A stretch of 63,719 bases of DNA, filler included, from Octopus bimaculoides (taxonomy: Eukaryota), in the NCBI RefSeq assembly GCF_001194135.2. It is 6 parts of 6 records of this genome, joined end to end, with 100 filler letters (N's around TTAATTAATTAA, not from the genome) between each part and the next. Parts side by side here need not be neighbours in the genome. Positions count along the whole stretch, not along the records: positions 1 to 15,076 come from NC_068981.1; 5 more parts are not named here. One strand, written 5' to 3'. Below the pieces are notes generated by a model. The model was not told where the DNA came from, did not search any database, and saw only the letters and a program-made list of their open reading frames with translations. The position numbers and the translations under genes were made by a program. Of the stretch, positions 1-14,243 are shown in pieces; the first letter of the stretch is position 1, and each line of letters begins with the position of its first letter.

Positions 1-361
1 AAATATATAAATATAAATATATAAAGGCGACTCGAGTTTCAGGGCTATTTCCCTTCGTCATGGCCGGTATGACAGACTTTAACAAAATAATATATTCCTC
101 TATACACAATCATACAAAAAAAACACCTTTTTTGTATTTATTTTTACTCGCATATATATATATATATATATATATGCTGTATTTTGTCATTCCTCATGCT
201 CTGAGTTCAAATTCCGCGGAATTCGACTTTGTCTTTCATCCTTTCGGGGTCTATTAAATAACTATCAATTACGCATTGAGGCCGATGTAACCGACTTAAT
301 CGCTTCTCACAAATTTGAGGCCTTGTGCATCCAGAAGCTTCTTCTTCTTCTTCTTCTTCTT

Positions 362-471
<110 letters not shown>

Positions 472-894
472 NNNNNNNNNNNNNNNNNNNNNNNNNNNNN
501 NNNNNNNNNNNNNNNNNNNNNNNNNNNNNNNNNNNNNNNNNNNNNNNNNNNNNNNNNNNNNNNNNNNNNNNNNNNNNNNNNNNNNNNNNNNNNNNNNNNN
601 NNNNNNNNNNNNNNNNNNNNNNNNNNNNNNNNNNNNNNNNNNNNNNNNNNNNNNNNNNNNNNNNNNNNNNNNNNNNNNNNNNNNNNNNNNNNNNNNNNNN
701 NNNNNNNNNNNNNNNNNNNNNNNNNNNNNNNNNNNNNNNNNNNNNNNNNNNNNNNNNNNNNNNNNNNNNNNNNNNNNNNNNNNNNNNNNNNNNNNNNNNN
801 NNNNNNNNNNNNNNNNNNNNNNNNNNNNNNNNNTATATATATGTATATATGTGTGTGTGCATATATATATGTGTGTGTGTGTTCGTATATATAC

Positions 895-938
<44 letters not shown>

Positions 939-959
939 ATATATACATGCATATGAATA

Positions 960-1180
960 TATATGTGTGTATTCTTTTTGTCTGTGTTTGTCCCCCTCCT
1001 CTGCTTGACAACCAGTGTTGGTGTGTTTGCGTCCCTGTAACTTGGTGGTTCGGCATAAGATACCGATAGAATAAATACTAGGCTTAAAAAATATAAGTAC
1101 TGGAGTCGATTCATTGGACTATAAAGTCTTCAAGGTGGTGCCTCAGCATGGCCGCAGTCTAATGATTGAAAAAGTAAAAG
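960..1180 (+). mobile_element. SINE 3' module (family C)
   Basis: Shares tgtgtttgtccccc...gcttgacaacc...gatagaataagtactaggct...ggggtcgat...ggtgctccagcatggccgcagtc with copies at 2060-2275 (+), 19020-19215 (+), 19655-19830 (-), 31108-31295 (-), 43945-44165 (-), 45780-45900 (+) and 54170-54370 (-). Confidence 0.8.
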
Positions 1181-1207
1181 ATGTATATATTTTACATACA
1201 TATACAT

Positions 1208-1245
<38 letters not shown>

Positions 1246-2059
1246 CGTATATATTGTCACACTACTCACCATGCCATAAGACATGGCATGGTGAATTATG
1301 CAGTTTGGTACTTAAAGCAGAAATACTACGACGTATATGTGACACTGAATCTCAGGTAGTCGTTTGATAACTACGAACAAGAAATCGCAGCCAAATTCCA
1401 TGACTCTTTTAAATAAATAAAGGAATTAAGGACATCTTGGATAATAGTAATCGTTTCGATTCGAATAATTTTTGGCGTAATTGCTCTCGATCTTCACATT
1501 CTCAGTCGCCCAGGTCAGCCTTGCTTTCTACGCCTGCATGGCTGAGTCAAGTACTAGAATGGTTTCTCCTCCCTCTCACGCAATCAGTCAAACATACAGT
1601 AGAATCGATACGCTGTGTTGTAAAAGGCACGCGGGGACCACTTTCATATTTTCTACTTCCAAGAAACGGAGAACAATTTAGAAAGTGGCGCCGAAAGAAA
1701 TCAGAGAATGCGGTTATGTTGGTACTGATGTACCAATGTGCATGAAACGTTTTGCAAGATATTGGGTAATGTAGTTTTCGTTTGAAGTCATGTGGTCTAA
1801 TGGTTAGAGTGTTGGGCCCACAATCGTTAGGTCATGAGTTGGATTCTAGGGCAGGTTGTCATTTTGAGCAATGCATTTTATTTTACGTTGTTCCAGTCTG
1901 CTCACCTGAAACGAGTGCCATCCGAGTACTGCTACAGACCCACTCTGTCTGATTGTCTGTCTGTCTGTCTCCAGAAATCGCATCCTGTTTATCGTAGATA
2001 CACAAGACATATCCTTATCGCATCCTGCATGTTCTAGATACATAACATATATAGATGTA

Positions 2060-2275
2060 TCTGTGTTTGTGTGTGTCCCTCCACTATCGCTTGACAACCG
2101 ATGTTGATGTTGGTGTATTCACATCTCCTTAACTTAGCGGTTCGACAAAAGAACCGATAGAATAAGTACTAGGCTTACGAAGAATAAGTCCTGGGGTCGA
2201 TTTCTTCGACTAAAAGGCGGTGCTCCAGCATGGCCTCAATCAAATGAATGAAGCAAGTAAAATGAAAAAAATAAG
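2060..2275 (+). mobile_element. SINE 3' module (family C)
   Basis: Clear similarity to the 960-1180 and 19020-19215 copies. Confidence 0.8.
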
Positions 2276-2419
2276 AATACATATTTTCAATGGTTAAGCG
2301 GGGAGGAAAATAGGATATTTAGCGATGTAAGCGATGCTGCTTCAAGGCAGAATCGAAATCAAGTCGGCAGTTCCGGAATACTGGTAGATTACCTCACACG
2401 AGCTTGACTATGTTGGCAC

Positions 2420-2790
2420 TCCGTCGGTTACGACGACGAGGGTTCCTGTTGATTCGATCAACAGAACAGCCTGCTCGTGAAATTAATGTGCAAGTGGCTG
2501 AGCATTCCACAGACACGTGTACCCTTAATGTAGTTCTCGGGGAGATTCAACGTGACACAGAGTGTGACAAGGCTGACCCTTTGAATTACAGGCACAACAG
2601 AAACAGGAAGTAAGAGTGAGAGAAAGTTGTGGTGAAAGAGTACAGTAGGTATCGCCACCATCCTCTGCCGGAGCCTCGTGGAACTTTAGGTGTTTTCGCT
2701 CAATAAACACTCACAACGCCAGGTCTGGGAATCGAAACCGCGATCCTACGACCGCGAGTCTGCAGCCCTAACCACTGGGCCATTGCGTCT
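2420..2790 (-). mobile_element. tRNA-headed SINE (family E)
   Basis: The reverse complement begins cgcaatggcccagtggttagggctgcagactcg...ggtttcgattcccag (A/B-box-like); the body is shared with 39950-40275. Confidence 0.75.
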
Positions 2791-3382
2791 CCAATCCGAG
2801 CTTGACACGTATCCAAGATTTAATTATATTAATGATGAGCTTTAAAAAAAAAATTATCTTGTTTTCGCAAAACTTATTATTGTTGCCATTATTTTTATTC
2901 ATTTATTTATTTGCTACGTCAACAGATAGGATTTCAGCTCAGAAAAACAGAGTATATATATATATTCGTGTGTCGCGAGAGAAGTAAAATTTAATGTTTC
3001 GGACAGAACTCTTCGTTGGAGAGGAAATGATAGAATTTAAATTAAGCATGGTCACCCCCAGCTTTTAGGTCTCCTTATACCGATTGAACTTTGTATGAGG
3101 AAGATGTGGAGGGAAGAGGAAGAGAAGAGCAAAGGAACATATAATAAAAATAAGCATATGTACACGTAAACATACATGCATATGTGTATATAATTAAGCA
3201 AAGGCGTGAAGTAAGAGAGAAAAGAGAAAGAGAGAGACAGAGAGAGAGACAGACAAAGAGAGAGTGAGAGAAAAAGAGAGAGATAAAGAAACATACTAAT
3301 GTCACTGAATAAAATGTCTTTTTCTTTTACACACATTTATATGTACATATAGGTGTGTTTGTGTGTGTGTGTGCGCGCGCGA

Positions 3383-3425
<43 letters not shown>

Positions 3426-3595
3426 TATAATCATACACTTAGATACACACACACACGCACACACACACACAAATATATATATATACACACACATCTAAAA
3501 ATGTATATAAATACATACATACATACATATATACATATACATACATACATACACACACATATATATATATATATACATATATATATGTATGTATG

Positions 3596-3666
<71 letters not shown>

Positions 3667-3833
3667 CTCTGCTATAAACGGCTGTTCGGGTGAATTTGAC
3701 AGTTATCACACTCGGTCGACTTCTCACAGCGTAACATACTTATGTCAAAACTGACAGATAGACGCAGACGTATTGGCTGACAGTCTAAGATCTACTGGTG
3801 TTGGTAGGAGATTAAGGTGCTGACTCGTAGTAA

Positions 3834-3897
<64 letters not shown>

Positions 3898-4919
3898 TTG
3901 TCTTGTGTGTGGTGATGGTGATAATGAAAGTGATAATGGTAGATTTGGTAGGTGATGGTAACGATATTAGGAGAGAGAGAGGAGGGAACGGGAGGGAGGC
4001 AGAAAGGGGAAGTGGTGTATCTGGAAGTGGTGGTGGTGGTGGTGCTGGTATGATGTGGTAAACATAATGATAGGACAGTATTAGTGTCGGTAGTGTGAGA
4101 CGTTCTCTTCATTACAGTTATTTTGGTGATGGTCATGGTGATCTTCAAAGTGATATTGCTGGTTGTTTATCAGTCTGTATATCTATCTTGTAGTCTGGTT
4201 GTCTTTTGGTTGATAACAAGCTATACGAAACATATTTAATAAACATGTCGGTATGTTGTTCAATGTCTCCATAAGAATCAATAATTGCATTTATTATTGC
4301 ATAATACAGCAAGACTGATGAGATCGAATTCAGATGAAACAATTGTAAACTAGCGTAATAAAAAAAAACTGGCTCACCCTATTCTTCTTGCTTGTGATTT
4401 TACACTGCTACTTAGAGTTTCAAGCTCCCGTTCGTGGGGAAGTTGTTATCAAAAAGGGAATAAAAATTGTGATCGTGCGTATAATGTATATTTTGATATG
4501 ATTCATATTGACAGATACACATTTGAATTTGATTGGTTGATTTCACTAACGGTCTTTCAGAAGTATGCAAGTTGAGACAGTAAATATAAAAAAAAGAAGA
4601 TAAAAATATATAAATATCATGTTGTATAAAATCGAAGAAAATCTTAAGTTGGAAAAAAATCTGGTCAATTTGAATCATATCAAAATATACATTATAAGCA
4701 CAATCATAATTTTTATTCCATTCTTGATCACAACTGCCCGACGAACGGGAACGTAAAATTCTGAATAGCAGTTTTTTTGTGATAGTTTTGTGATGTTTCA
4801 ACAGCTTTAATAATAAAGCATATTACACTACCTCCGGTATTCGAGTACTATTATTTCTCACCTTGCTTCACATTTATGTACGTATTCGAGTATATGTATA
4901 CATACATACATACACACAC

Positions 4920-5000
<81 letters not shown>

Positions 5001-6123
5001 TACATTGAACGCCACGCGTCAATTTCCAAGTAAATTTACCTGAATCTTTTTGATGCGACTCTACTCTATACTGTTTTCTACCCCATTCTTTTTTCTAATT
5101 CCCTTTTTCTCCCTTTCACCGTTTTCTATCTGTCTCTCACCCCTCCTCTTTCACATTTTCTCTATCTCGTTGCTCACACATGACCATAGTCCGTCTTTCT
5201 TTTCCTCACTTGATCATCAGGACTGTCCTAAGGACTGGAGTATTCTATCTCTCTGTTCTATCTTTTCTCTTTCTGAAGAAAATATTCCTCCAGCGTTCGC
5301 TATTTTACCCTCGTTGTGGTCTAACGACCTTCCAAGTTCGTTTTCGTTCGGTTTCCTTGTATGTCTCCACTGTCCTGTTTTTGTTCTCAAGTTTGACCTC
5401 CATAAATCCAAAATTTTATTTTGGTATTTATGGAAGCAACTGTCTTCGAAGACTCATTTTGTCGTTCAAGGCTCGAAATGAGGAATATTTTTGTGCGTTA
5501 TACTGGCAATAGAGTCCGCAAAGTTTTTGTTGCAGCTGTACCACGCTTCAACGCTATTTCTGTAAATGTTTATATATTTAGGCGAGGAGTAGTGCTCATT
5601 TATAAGGTTTAAGAAAAGTCTGGCTACAGTTGCACAAATATTTAAACTATATGGACGATTATATTATATAATACTTAACACTGATTGTAATTTTATATTC
5701 AAAATTCGATATAAAACTTATATACATAAATTCCATTCGAGTCTCAACCTACCGTACTAGGACATTTTAGAAAATTTAGTTCTTGATAAAGTGCTCGCGG
5801 CTATAATGTCTTTCAGGTCATATCAACAATAATAACAACAAAAACAATAACAAAAACAACAACAACAACAACAGCAACAGTAACAACAATATGTATATAT
5901 ATGTATATATATATATATATATATAGGGTGTATATGCCGTTATAAACAACGCATAGTAAGTTAAACAATAAAGGGAAATTGAATGCGGGAAAGTGCGAGA
6001 GAGATGGTGAATAGTAAAGGGATTAGAGGGTCACAAAATCATAATACGGGTGAAAATAAAGGAAATAAGGGACGATTAAAAGAATATGTAGAAGAAAATA
6101 ATTCAAAGGCTTAATATGAGGGT

Positions 6124-6196
<73 letters not shown>

Positions 6197-6817
6197 TTTG
6201 ACGCTAAAGAATATTTGATTTTCTATATTTTTAATATTTTTTATATTTTTTTGTCAGTTATCTTATGATTCACCTGCAGAGTTACTTAATGCCGACAATA
6301 TCATCCTTTTATTCGTAAATCGTTAATATTTATGCAACTGAAATTCGGATCATCCTCTCTTGTGATCCTAGTTCTAGCCAGATTCTTCTTGGGTTTCAGG
6401 CAGGTCTGAGTGGAACATTTACTTTGATTAGTAAGTTAATTGATTCTGGGATATGAGTGATAAGCATCTGTTGTGGATTAAGCCTTATTTTTGTCATGTT
6501 TTATTGCGTCTCAATTCGGTTAGGGCAGGCCGCATTTGATAATTTNNNNNNNNNNNNNNNNNNNNNNNNNNNNNNNNNNNNNNNNNNNNNNNNNNNNNNN
6601 NNNNNNNNNNNNNNNNNNNNNNNNNNNNNNNNNNNNNNNNNNNNNNNNNNNNNNNNNNNNNNNNNNNNNNNNNNNNNNNNNNNNNNNNNNNNNNNNNNNN
6701 NNNNNNNNNNNNNNNNNNNNNNNNNNNNNNNNNNNNNNNNNNNNNNNNNNNNNNNNNNNNNNNNNNNNNNNNNNNNNNNNNNNNNNNNNNNNNNNNNNNN
6801 NNNNNNNNNNNNNNNNN

Positions 6818-6850
<33 letters not shown>

Positions 6851-8525
6851 TAAGTATAAAATTTATAAAATATATAAATATGTGTGTAAGCATATATACA
6901 AACACACATGTACACAAACACACACACGTGCGCATACACACATATAGTTTAAAGAACCTAATATTTCCATTTGGGTCAGAAATCAGGAATTCAAAATAAT
7001 CCATTGTTAAAATGAAAACGCACCTTAACCATTAGATGAACAGAGTTCGATAAAATAAAAACTTGAGTGAAATGAATACATTCAACTAAAAGAGCACTTA
7101 AAGGCTTAATTCAGCATGGGCGTAGCACAGAGAATGAAGCCAGTAAATGAATTCATTAATCTGATAACGAATGACTGGCAGAGATATGGCTCTGTTAAAG
7201 AGCTGAAAGGAAACTAGTACGGTTCTTGACAACTTTAAATCCATATATATCAATAACAGAACATAGATAATCAAAAGTTTTATAGAACCGGTGTCTGAAT
7301 ATGCTACAACAATTTTTGACATTGGAACTGTGTTTATTTTAGGGTTCTAATTTTATTTTAGGATCTAGTATTAACTAGACACGAGCATTTTACAAATATT
7401 CATTTTATCTCTTTCATTGTTCCGCGCTCAATAGAATAAAGCTTCAGACAAGTACTGGAATTGGTTTTATATTCGTATAATTATCTTAGATATGAAGGAA
7501 ATTCTGAAAGAATGACAGACAGGTTCGAGCTCTGAGGGATTTGTATTTAAAATGTAAGAAATAGTAAAACTAATTTAGTTTGTTCGATAATCTGATCATT
7601 GCTGCATAACAGTTCATAGAATCTACAGAATAATGAATAGCCATCTGTTGATATACTAATTCAAGAAGGTAAGACGACTAAAAGTATTTTGTGTAGTCAC
7701 TTATGCTACTAGAAATAGCGTTCAGATTTTCCTCAAATCCTACGTTACTGTCATGGTGGAGGTAAAAGACGCATTTTATAATGTAATACTAGATATACTT
7801 ATAAAATGTTCAAACTATTCGTTGCTGGAATGTCATTGATCGTATGCTGTTTCGTCGGCTCTGATCTGGAGTTATATCAGCTATATGAAGAATGAAACAT
7901 ATTCAATACGTGAGTGTTCAGAGTTTATCTCTTACTGGAAAGCTCTCCCCACGACTTCTGTTTTGTCTAAAACAGAAACTATATTTTCATCTTGGTAATA
8001 GCTATTAATCTGTGTGTAAACACTGAGAACGTTTGCTCTTTTCTCTCGATTCTTAAGCTACGGACGTTGTATGAAGAAACGAAAAAACAAACAAAACAAA
8101 AAAAAAAACGATACCATCTCCCCACAAAACATCTGACATCATTCTTTAAGGAAATGCTTCACTTTATAAAATTTTGCTTAACAAGCCACAGGTTATATCA
8201 TGCTGACGATTTCTAAAAAGAATGAAATAGAGCTATAAATGATGTAGGAATTTCCTAAAAAGTAATTTATAAAAGTTAATATGTGAGTTAATGCATTATT
8301 TTTCTCGTAATTCCTTTATTTCAAATACAAATTTCTAATTCCCCTACATATTATTAAGAAATGATTATCTCCCTTGTCATAGCTGCCATCGCTAGCGGAA
8401 CCACGTGAAGTATTATCATGCCATCCATTTATGTAGTCCTCGATATTTTGGGTCCTTGTGGCCGTCCATATAAAAGAAACCATCCTCATCGACATCCTCC
8501 TCCTCATCATCATCGCCTCAGACAC

Positions 8526-8588
<63 letters not shown>

Positions 8589-9150
8589 CATCATTATTAT
8601 CATCATCATTATTATTGTTTTCATAAACGACGTTACAATTGTTTAAATTATGAGTCTCTGTTCGAATTACAAACTTTTCGGACATACTGCATCTTCTGCT
8701 CATTTACACGAAAGCTTTTCTTCTCTTTTAACGGTTAAGTTTGACTTGAGGGAGATTCGGCTGCCATTTCTAGCAAGCCATGTGATTATGTAGTTGGCCT
8801 TTCAGTGGCTTCGTATTTAGTTACGTCCCTTTATGTTCATTTAAAATTATTAACGAAAACATATGTTCTGTTTCGTCTTTCCTCCTAGGTCTGTTAATAA
8901 ATATTATAACTAACACAAAACATTCAGATGAAATAGTAATAAGAAACTAATAACAAAAACAATAATTTCATATATATATATATATATATATATANNNNNN
9001 NNNNATGACAAAAAAACTGACTACCAAACACATACCGACATCACTTTTCTTCTCTAATATTTTATTTTCAACTTATCAGTCGAACTGATAAACAAGGCTG
9101 CAATAGATAACGAAAAGTATGCAAGAAATTCTGAAGGATTTGGAATATGG

Positions 9151-9182
<32 letters not shown>

Positions 9183-9553
9183 CTGCTGATGATGATGATG
9201 CTGATGATGATGATGACGACGACGTCGATAATGATGACGGCGACCGCAACGATGACAACGAGGACAACGATGATTATGGTGGTGGTGGTGGTGGTTGTAG
9301 GGATCCTGCTGTTACACAAATACACACACACACACACACACACAAACACATACAGGTGTGCATGCATATACATACACACATACACACATATATACTCATA
9401 TATTTATCTGTATATGTATAAATATAAACGTATGCATATGTGTGTGTGTGTATGTGCATGTATTTATATATATGTATGTATGCATATATTTGTATATGTG
9501 TATATATATATATATATATGTATGTATATGTATATTACATATATATATATGTA

Positions 9554-9612
<59 letters not shown>

Positions 9613-9639
9613 ATATATATATATATATATATATATAAG

Positions 9640-10130
9640 ATCAGCTCTTCTTCGTGGGAACCTGCAGCTATTCCAGTTGCCTACAATATCCATAAATAAG
9701 AATACTGACCTACTGTATAGTTATCAACAGAGACCACATCCTTTTAATGAACTTCAACCCATTAGTTGCTGATAACCCACCCTGGGACAAGTTGGCCCAC
9801 ACACATAATGGTAGGGTATCTAATCCTTGCACCAGTAGTGGGACTACAGCTTACTATCTACTGGCAGCCATACTTATCAAGCAAACTAATTTGTCGTCTG
9901 ACTACATGAAGCTGGTTACTTCACCACGTAGTAACTGATGTTGCTGAAATATCATGCTTTACAGGACACCGACCAACAGGCACCAACACTGTGTCTACTC
10001 CACCATGCGGAGCACGCAGTGACAGTAATGATGTCGCCCCAAAACAACCACCTGATTTGAACTAACTAATGGAAACCTAAATACACTCAGCTAGAAGCCA
10101 TTTTGAATTTTTCCTGAATCATCTTCACTC
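9640..10130 (+). mobile_element. Possible highly decayed Ty3/gypsy gag-like remnant
   Basis: Broken frames give [29 protein letters not shown] and FLNHLHSELQT, reminiscent of gypsy gag; judged by eye only. Confidence 0.2.
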
Positions 10131-10471
10131 AGAACTCCAAACATCTGATGATATGGGAGTGCTCTGCATTCACGAAATCTTAAGTCAGGAGGAGCTATGT
10201 CAATCTGTTATTAGTTATATATCAGTTCATGTACATGCTCGCGTGTACTGTGAGTGCGTATGTGTGTGTACGTGTAGAGGGATTCTAATGATTCTACCAA
10301 TACACGTTACCTGGTTCTGAAACATCACCTGGTTCTGAAACATCACCTGGTCCTTGAGTGACTTTAGCGAGATGCACTTTGTTGCAAGCATTCGGGTTAG
10401 TTCTTCGATTTGAGTAAACCTATTTCCTCCACCTCCCATCAGTTTTGGGGACTCTGAAAAAGTGATGGTCA

Positions 10472-10571
10472 CTGCCCTGCCTTGCTCTGCCCTGCCTTGC
10501 TCTGCCCTGCCTTGCTCTGCCCTGCCTTGCTCTGCCCTGCCTTGCTCTGCCCTGCCTTGCTCTGTCCTGCC
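10472..10571. repeat. 15-bp minisatellite (CTGCCCTGCCTTGCT)x6 plus partial; nearby 18-bp unit ACCTGGTTCTGAAACATC x2.4 at 10309-10351
   Basis: Perfect tandem copies read directly. Confidence 0.95.
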
Positions 10572-12324
10572 CGTTTTCTAAAGACAAAAAGATATTGTTA
10601 AGTATGACTTGACGAGAAAACCTCTACATGACCATTCAATTTACAAGAAGTATCTGAACAATCTCACTCAGATTACAACTCCGGCATTTTTGAAAAAAAA
10701 AGAAAGGACATATTATATAATGGAGTATCGTACAACTCAAAGTAAACGTTCTGAATGTGACTTGAATACATTTGATCATGTGATTGTCTCAGGACGGACC
10801 TTGGGCTAAGTATCAACAAACATAACTAGAAACGTTACAGTCTATATTCTATCACATCGAGTTAAATATTCTGACATAGCTTATGTAATTTCATGCTGGT
10901 TTCTTTCTTGCATACTGGATATCAATTATTAATCTTTATAAAAGTTCATTTGAACTTACATAACTACATAAGGACCAGTAACCTAACTGCACGTGTGCAT
11001 TATGTACTCAAAGATAATTATTGTAATTACTTATTGCTAATAGTTTACCATTAACATGTGTTCACAAATACACAGACAGACACACAAATTCAAACACGTA
11101 TACACATGCACACTCACAAATACACGCGCCGAGTAAAAATGTTTTGCAGTATTTGTTCTAATTCACTGCACCTTGAGTTCATTTCTCGCCAAAGTCTACT
11201 TTACCTTTCAATTTTTTTCGGGTTTGATAAATAAACTACCCTCTCAGGGAAGTGCATTTCTGAAATCGTTTGCGAGTCGGACGGGATACTTTGTGGTATC
11301 TGATCCAGCTTTGTGATACTTGCTCCAAATCCGTCTTCCTTGGTTTTATAGGAAGAATTCAACTCCCAACATGTTTTCTCCGTAGATTTCCTAAAGAAGG
11401 AGGCCTTACTCTGAAATATTGAGGCACTAATAGGACTAACCATCGACATATTTTTTATACCTTCCATTACTTTAGCTTTAAATAAACACACACACACACA
11501 CAAACACACACACATATACACATATACAAAACAACGGTGTACAGTAAGATCCATGATGGTAGAGTCTGATAAGTATAAAGTCCAATGGTAACCCGAGTAG
11601 AGGTAAAGTAATTCAGGAGTATCAAAGGTCCGAGAAGATAGAAGAGATGGAGTCCTAGTGAGGAGGAAGTTCAGGCAGGAGGAAACTGGGGTGACAAGTT
11701 ATGCATGTATAATATATGGTTCCAAATTGTACAACCCCCCCACACACACACAGAAGACTTTTTGTTATATATATATATATATATATATATATATNNNNNN
11801 NNNNNNNNNNNNNNNNNNNNNNNNNNNNNNNNNNNNNNNNNNNNNNNNNNNNNNNNNNNNNNNNNNNNNNNNNNNNNNNNNNNNNNNNNNNNNNNNNNNN
11901 NNNNNNNNNNNNNNNNNNNNNTATATTACGGAGATGTACTTGCATAGCAAGTGACCTGATCTGAGATCGTGTGCTGGAACGAAAACAATTGCAGCGTGGA
12001 AGGTGTTTATAAGCCATTTAAAATAACACACACAATCCGTTAGATTCACTTCAACATTTAAATTTAATTTGTCAAAATATTTTCGTCGCTTTGAGACCGC
12101 GACCTGTTCACTGACAAAATTCTGTGCTGCATATAGTGAAAAAATTACAGTTAGTTCAAACTTCAGAGGTTGGATTTTCACTTATGACTGAGCCTTAAGT
12201 AATGGACTGAAGTAATGAATTGAATGATACAGATTTATACATGAAAATATGAAGAAAAGGTAAAGAATCGTTTCTGACATAGGTAAGAGGCCACAAATTA
12301 AGGGGAATAGGAATAGTATGTTAA

Positions 12325-12625
12325 ATTAAGTACCAGTTGCGCACTGGGGTCGATGCAATCGACTTAGTCCCTTTGTCTATCCTTGTTTGTCCTCTCTATG
12401 TTTAGCCCCCTTGTGGGCAATAAAGAAATAAGAAACGTTAGCACGCCGGGAGACATGCTTAGCGGTATTTCGTCTGTCTTTATGTTCTGAGTTCAAATTC
12501 CACCAAGGTTGACTTTGTTTTTCATCCTTTCGGGGTCGATAAATCAAGTACCAGTTGCATACTGGGTCGATCTGATCGGCTGGCCCCCTCCCGCAAAATT
12601 TCGGGCCTTGAGTAGAAAAGAATAT
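12325..12625 (+). mobile_element. SINE family A, head-to-tail dimer (first copy 5'-truncated)
   Basis: Core gagttcaaattcc...gactttg..tttcatcctttcggggtcgataaa..aagtaccagtt..actggggtcgat; the B-box-like GTTCAAATTCC indicates a tRNA-derived head. Confidence 0.85.
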
Positions 12626-14188
12626 GTTCATCAATATCTTCATGCAATATGTTACGAGATACATTGTTCAAACAATGTAACAACATTAACCAAGACAGTC
12701 GAAATCCTATCCGCTCGGTGTATGAATATTGTAATAGAAAAGTTTGATTTGAAACGTTGAGAAATTTTTGAATGTAAAATAATCGCTAACAAAAATCTAG
12801 TTTTAATGTGACGTCCTGAGGTTCAAGGGTTTAGCAATTTTCAATAGCTTAGAACACATTTTGATTTATGACATCAAAAATATATTAGTATAAGCGGTTG
12901 TTTAAGACAAAATTGTAATGGAATAAGTTGGTCATCTTTTCACCTAGACATCTTTTCATATACATATTGACTTGACATTCATTTGTAACTTTCACGAATT
13001 TTCGTGTTTTTCTGATATTTATAATGTTTTTAGCATAATAGGTTCATAAGAGGAGTTATCTCAGGACAAATGCTGCTGTAAGTGACTTGTCGACAATGTG
13101 TATGCATTAAATATAATAACTAGGTGGCTATTTTAATTGAATATTCCCTCATTTGCATATACCGGACTCTTAATTAGCCGGGTGGCCATACGCAACATCA
13201 GTGAATATTTTATTTACTTTTCGTATATCAGAAACAACGAATGTTTGTCCAAGAATGTGGTTGGCTGCTAGTACGTGCCATTTAAAAGGTCCAAAACGTC
13301 CCAAGCGCTTTTGGTGCCCTCGCTGGCCGCTTCCGAAATGAGTTTTCTTCTCTCACTCTCTCTAGCTTTCTGGTATTTATTGTCTTTTAACGGACGTCTG
13401 TAAGAGATGTTATCTAAGTAAATGCCGAAGTAACTGGCTTATCAGCTATATATGTATACATTAACACATTAAGTCCTTAAATTTCTGAATATTACTTTTA
13501 AATTTTTAGAAATGAGTGAAAACAGGTTAAAATGAAAAAAAAAATTAATTATTAAACTCCTTTATTTCAAGTAGAAATGGAAATACTCGGTGTTCTATAA
13601 ATAGGACACTAAGACAATGTGATATAGCTTATTTAATGTTCTCATTTAGTGTTCTATTTATCGGACAGTGGGACTTAATGGGCTAAGTATAATGCATAGA
13701 GTTATTTTATCCTTTTCTTAAAATCCTGAATTTGACAAAGGTCTTGTGATCTTTCCGGTTTTCTGAATTTAAAAGCATTTGAAGTCATATCGATATAAAT
13801 CTTAAAAAAAGGAAAAAGAATCAATAGTAATATGAATTCTTTCGTACATAAGACTAACGATTTTGAAAGATGTAAATTATATAATAGAAACTTAATGATT
13901 CAAGGTTGAAATATTGTAGTATTAACAATGAAATCTTATCACAAACCAGAATTTTCTATTAAAGCTACTTAAGAAATGGTTAAGCGAATGAACATTAAAC
14001 TTCCTTGTTTTCTATTATTAGAATAATTATTCAACGTTTTTATTTAATTAATATTTAATTTAATTTGTTATATTATTACTTCGCATACATGTGTGAAAAA
14101 GTTTATTTCACTTCGCCCATTATTTGAGATTCGGTAGAATGCAAAATAAAATTACAATGCATGATGTTTGAATCATTAATCAGTTTAC

Positions 14189-14243
<55 letters not shown>

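Noticed and set aside
1785-1865. tRNA-like A/B-box segments (also about 23735-23800 and 59600-59665)
   Set aside because: No complete cloverleaf; they continue into repeat bodies or are degenerate, consistent with SINE heads
5050-5520. Overlapping 64-143 aa ORFs
   Set aside because: Low-complexity CT-rich start and no recognisable domain; possibly a decayed LINE end
11530-11705. Minus-strand open stretch LVTPVSSCLNFLLTRTPSLL...YSGYHW, possibly a LINE endonuclease remnant
   Set aside because: No diagnostic catalytic motif recognisable by eye
11956-11993. CTGATCTGA...GAAAACAATTGCA hammerhead-like string
   Set aside because: The core has insertions in both conserved strands and no stem I; resemblance to the 4.3-kb motif noted only
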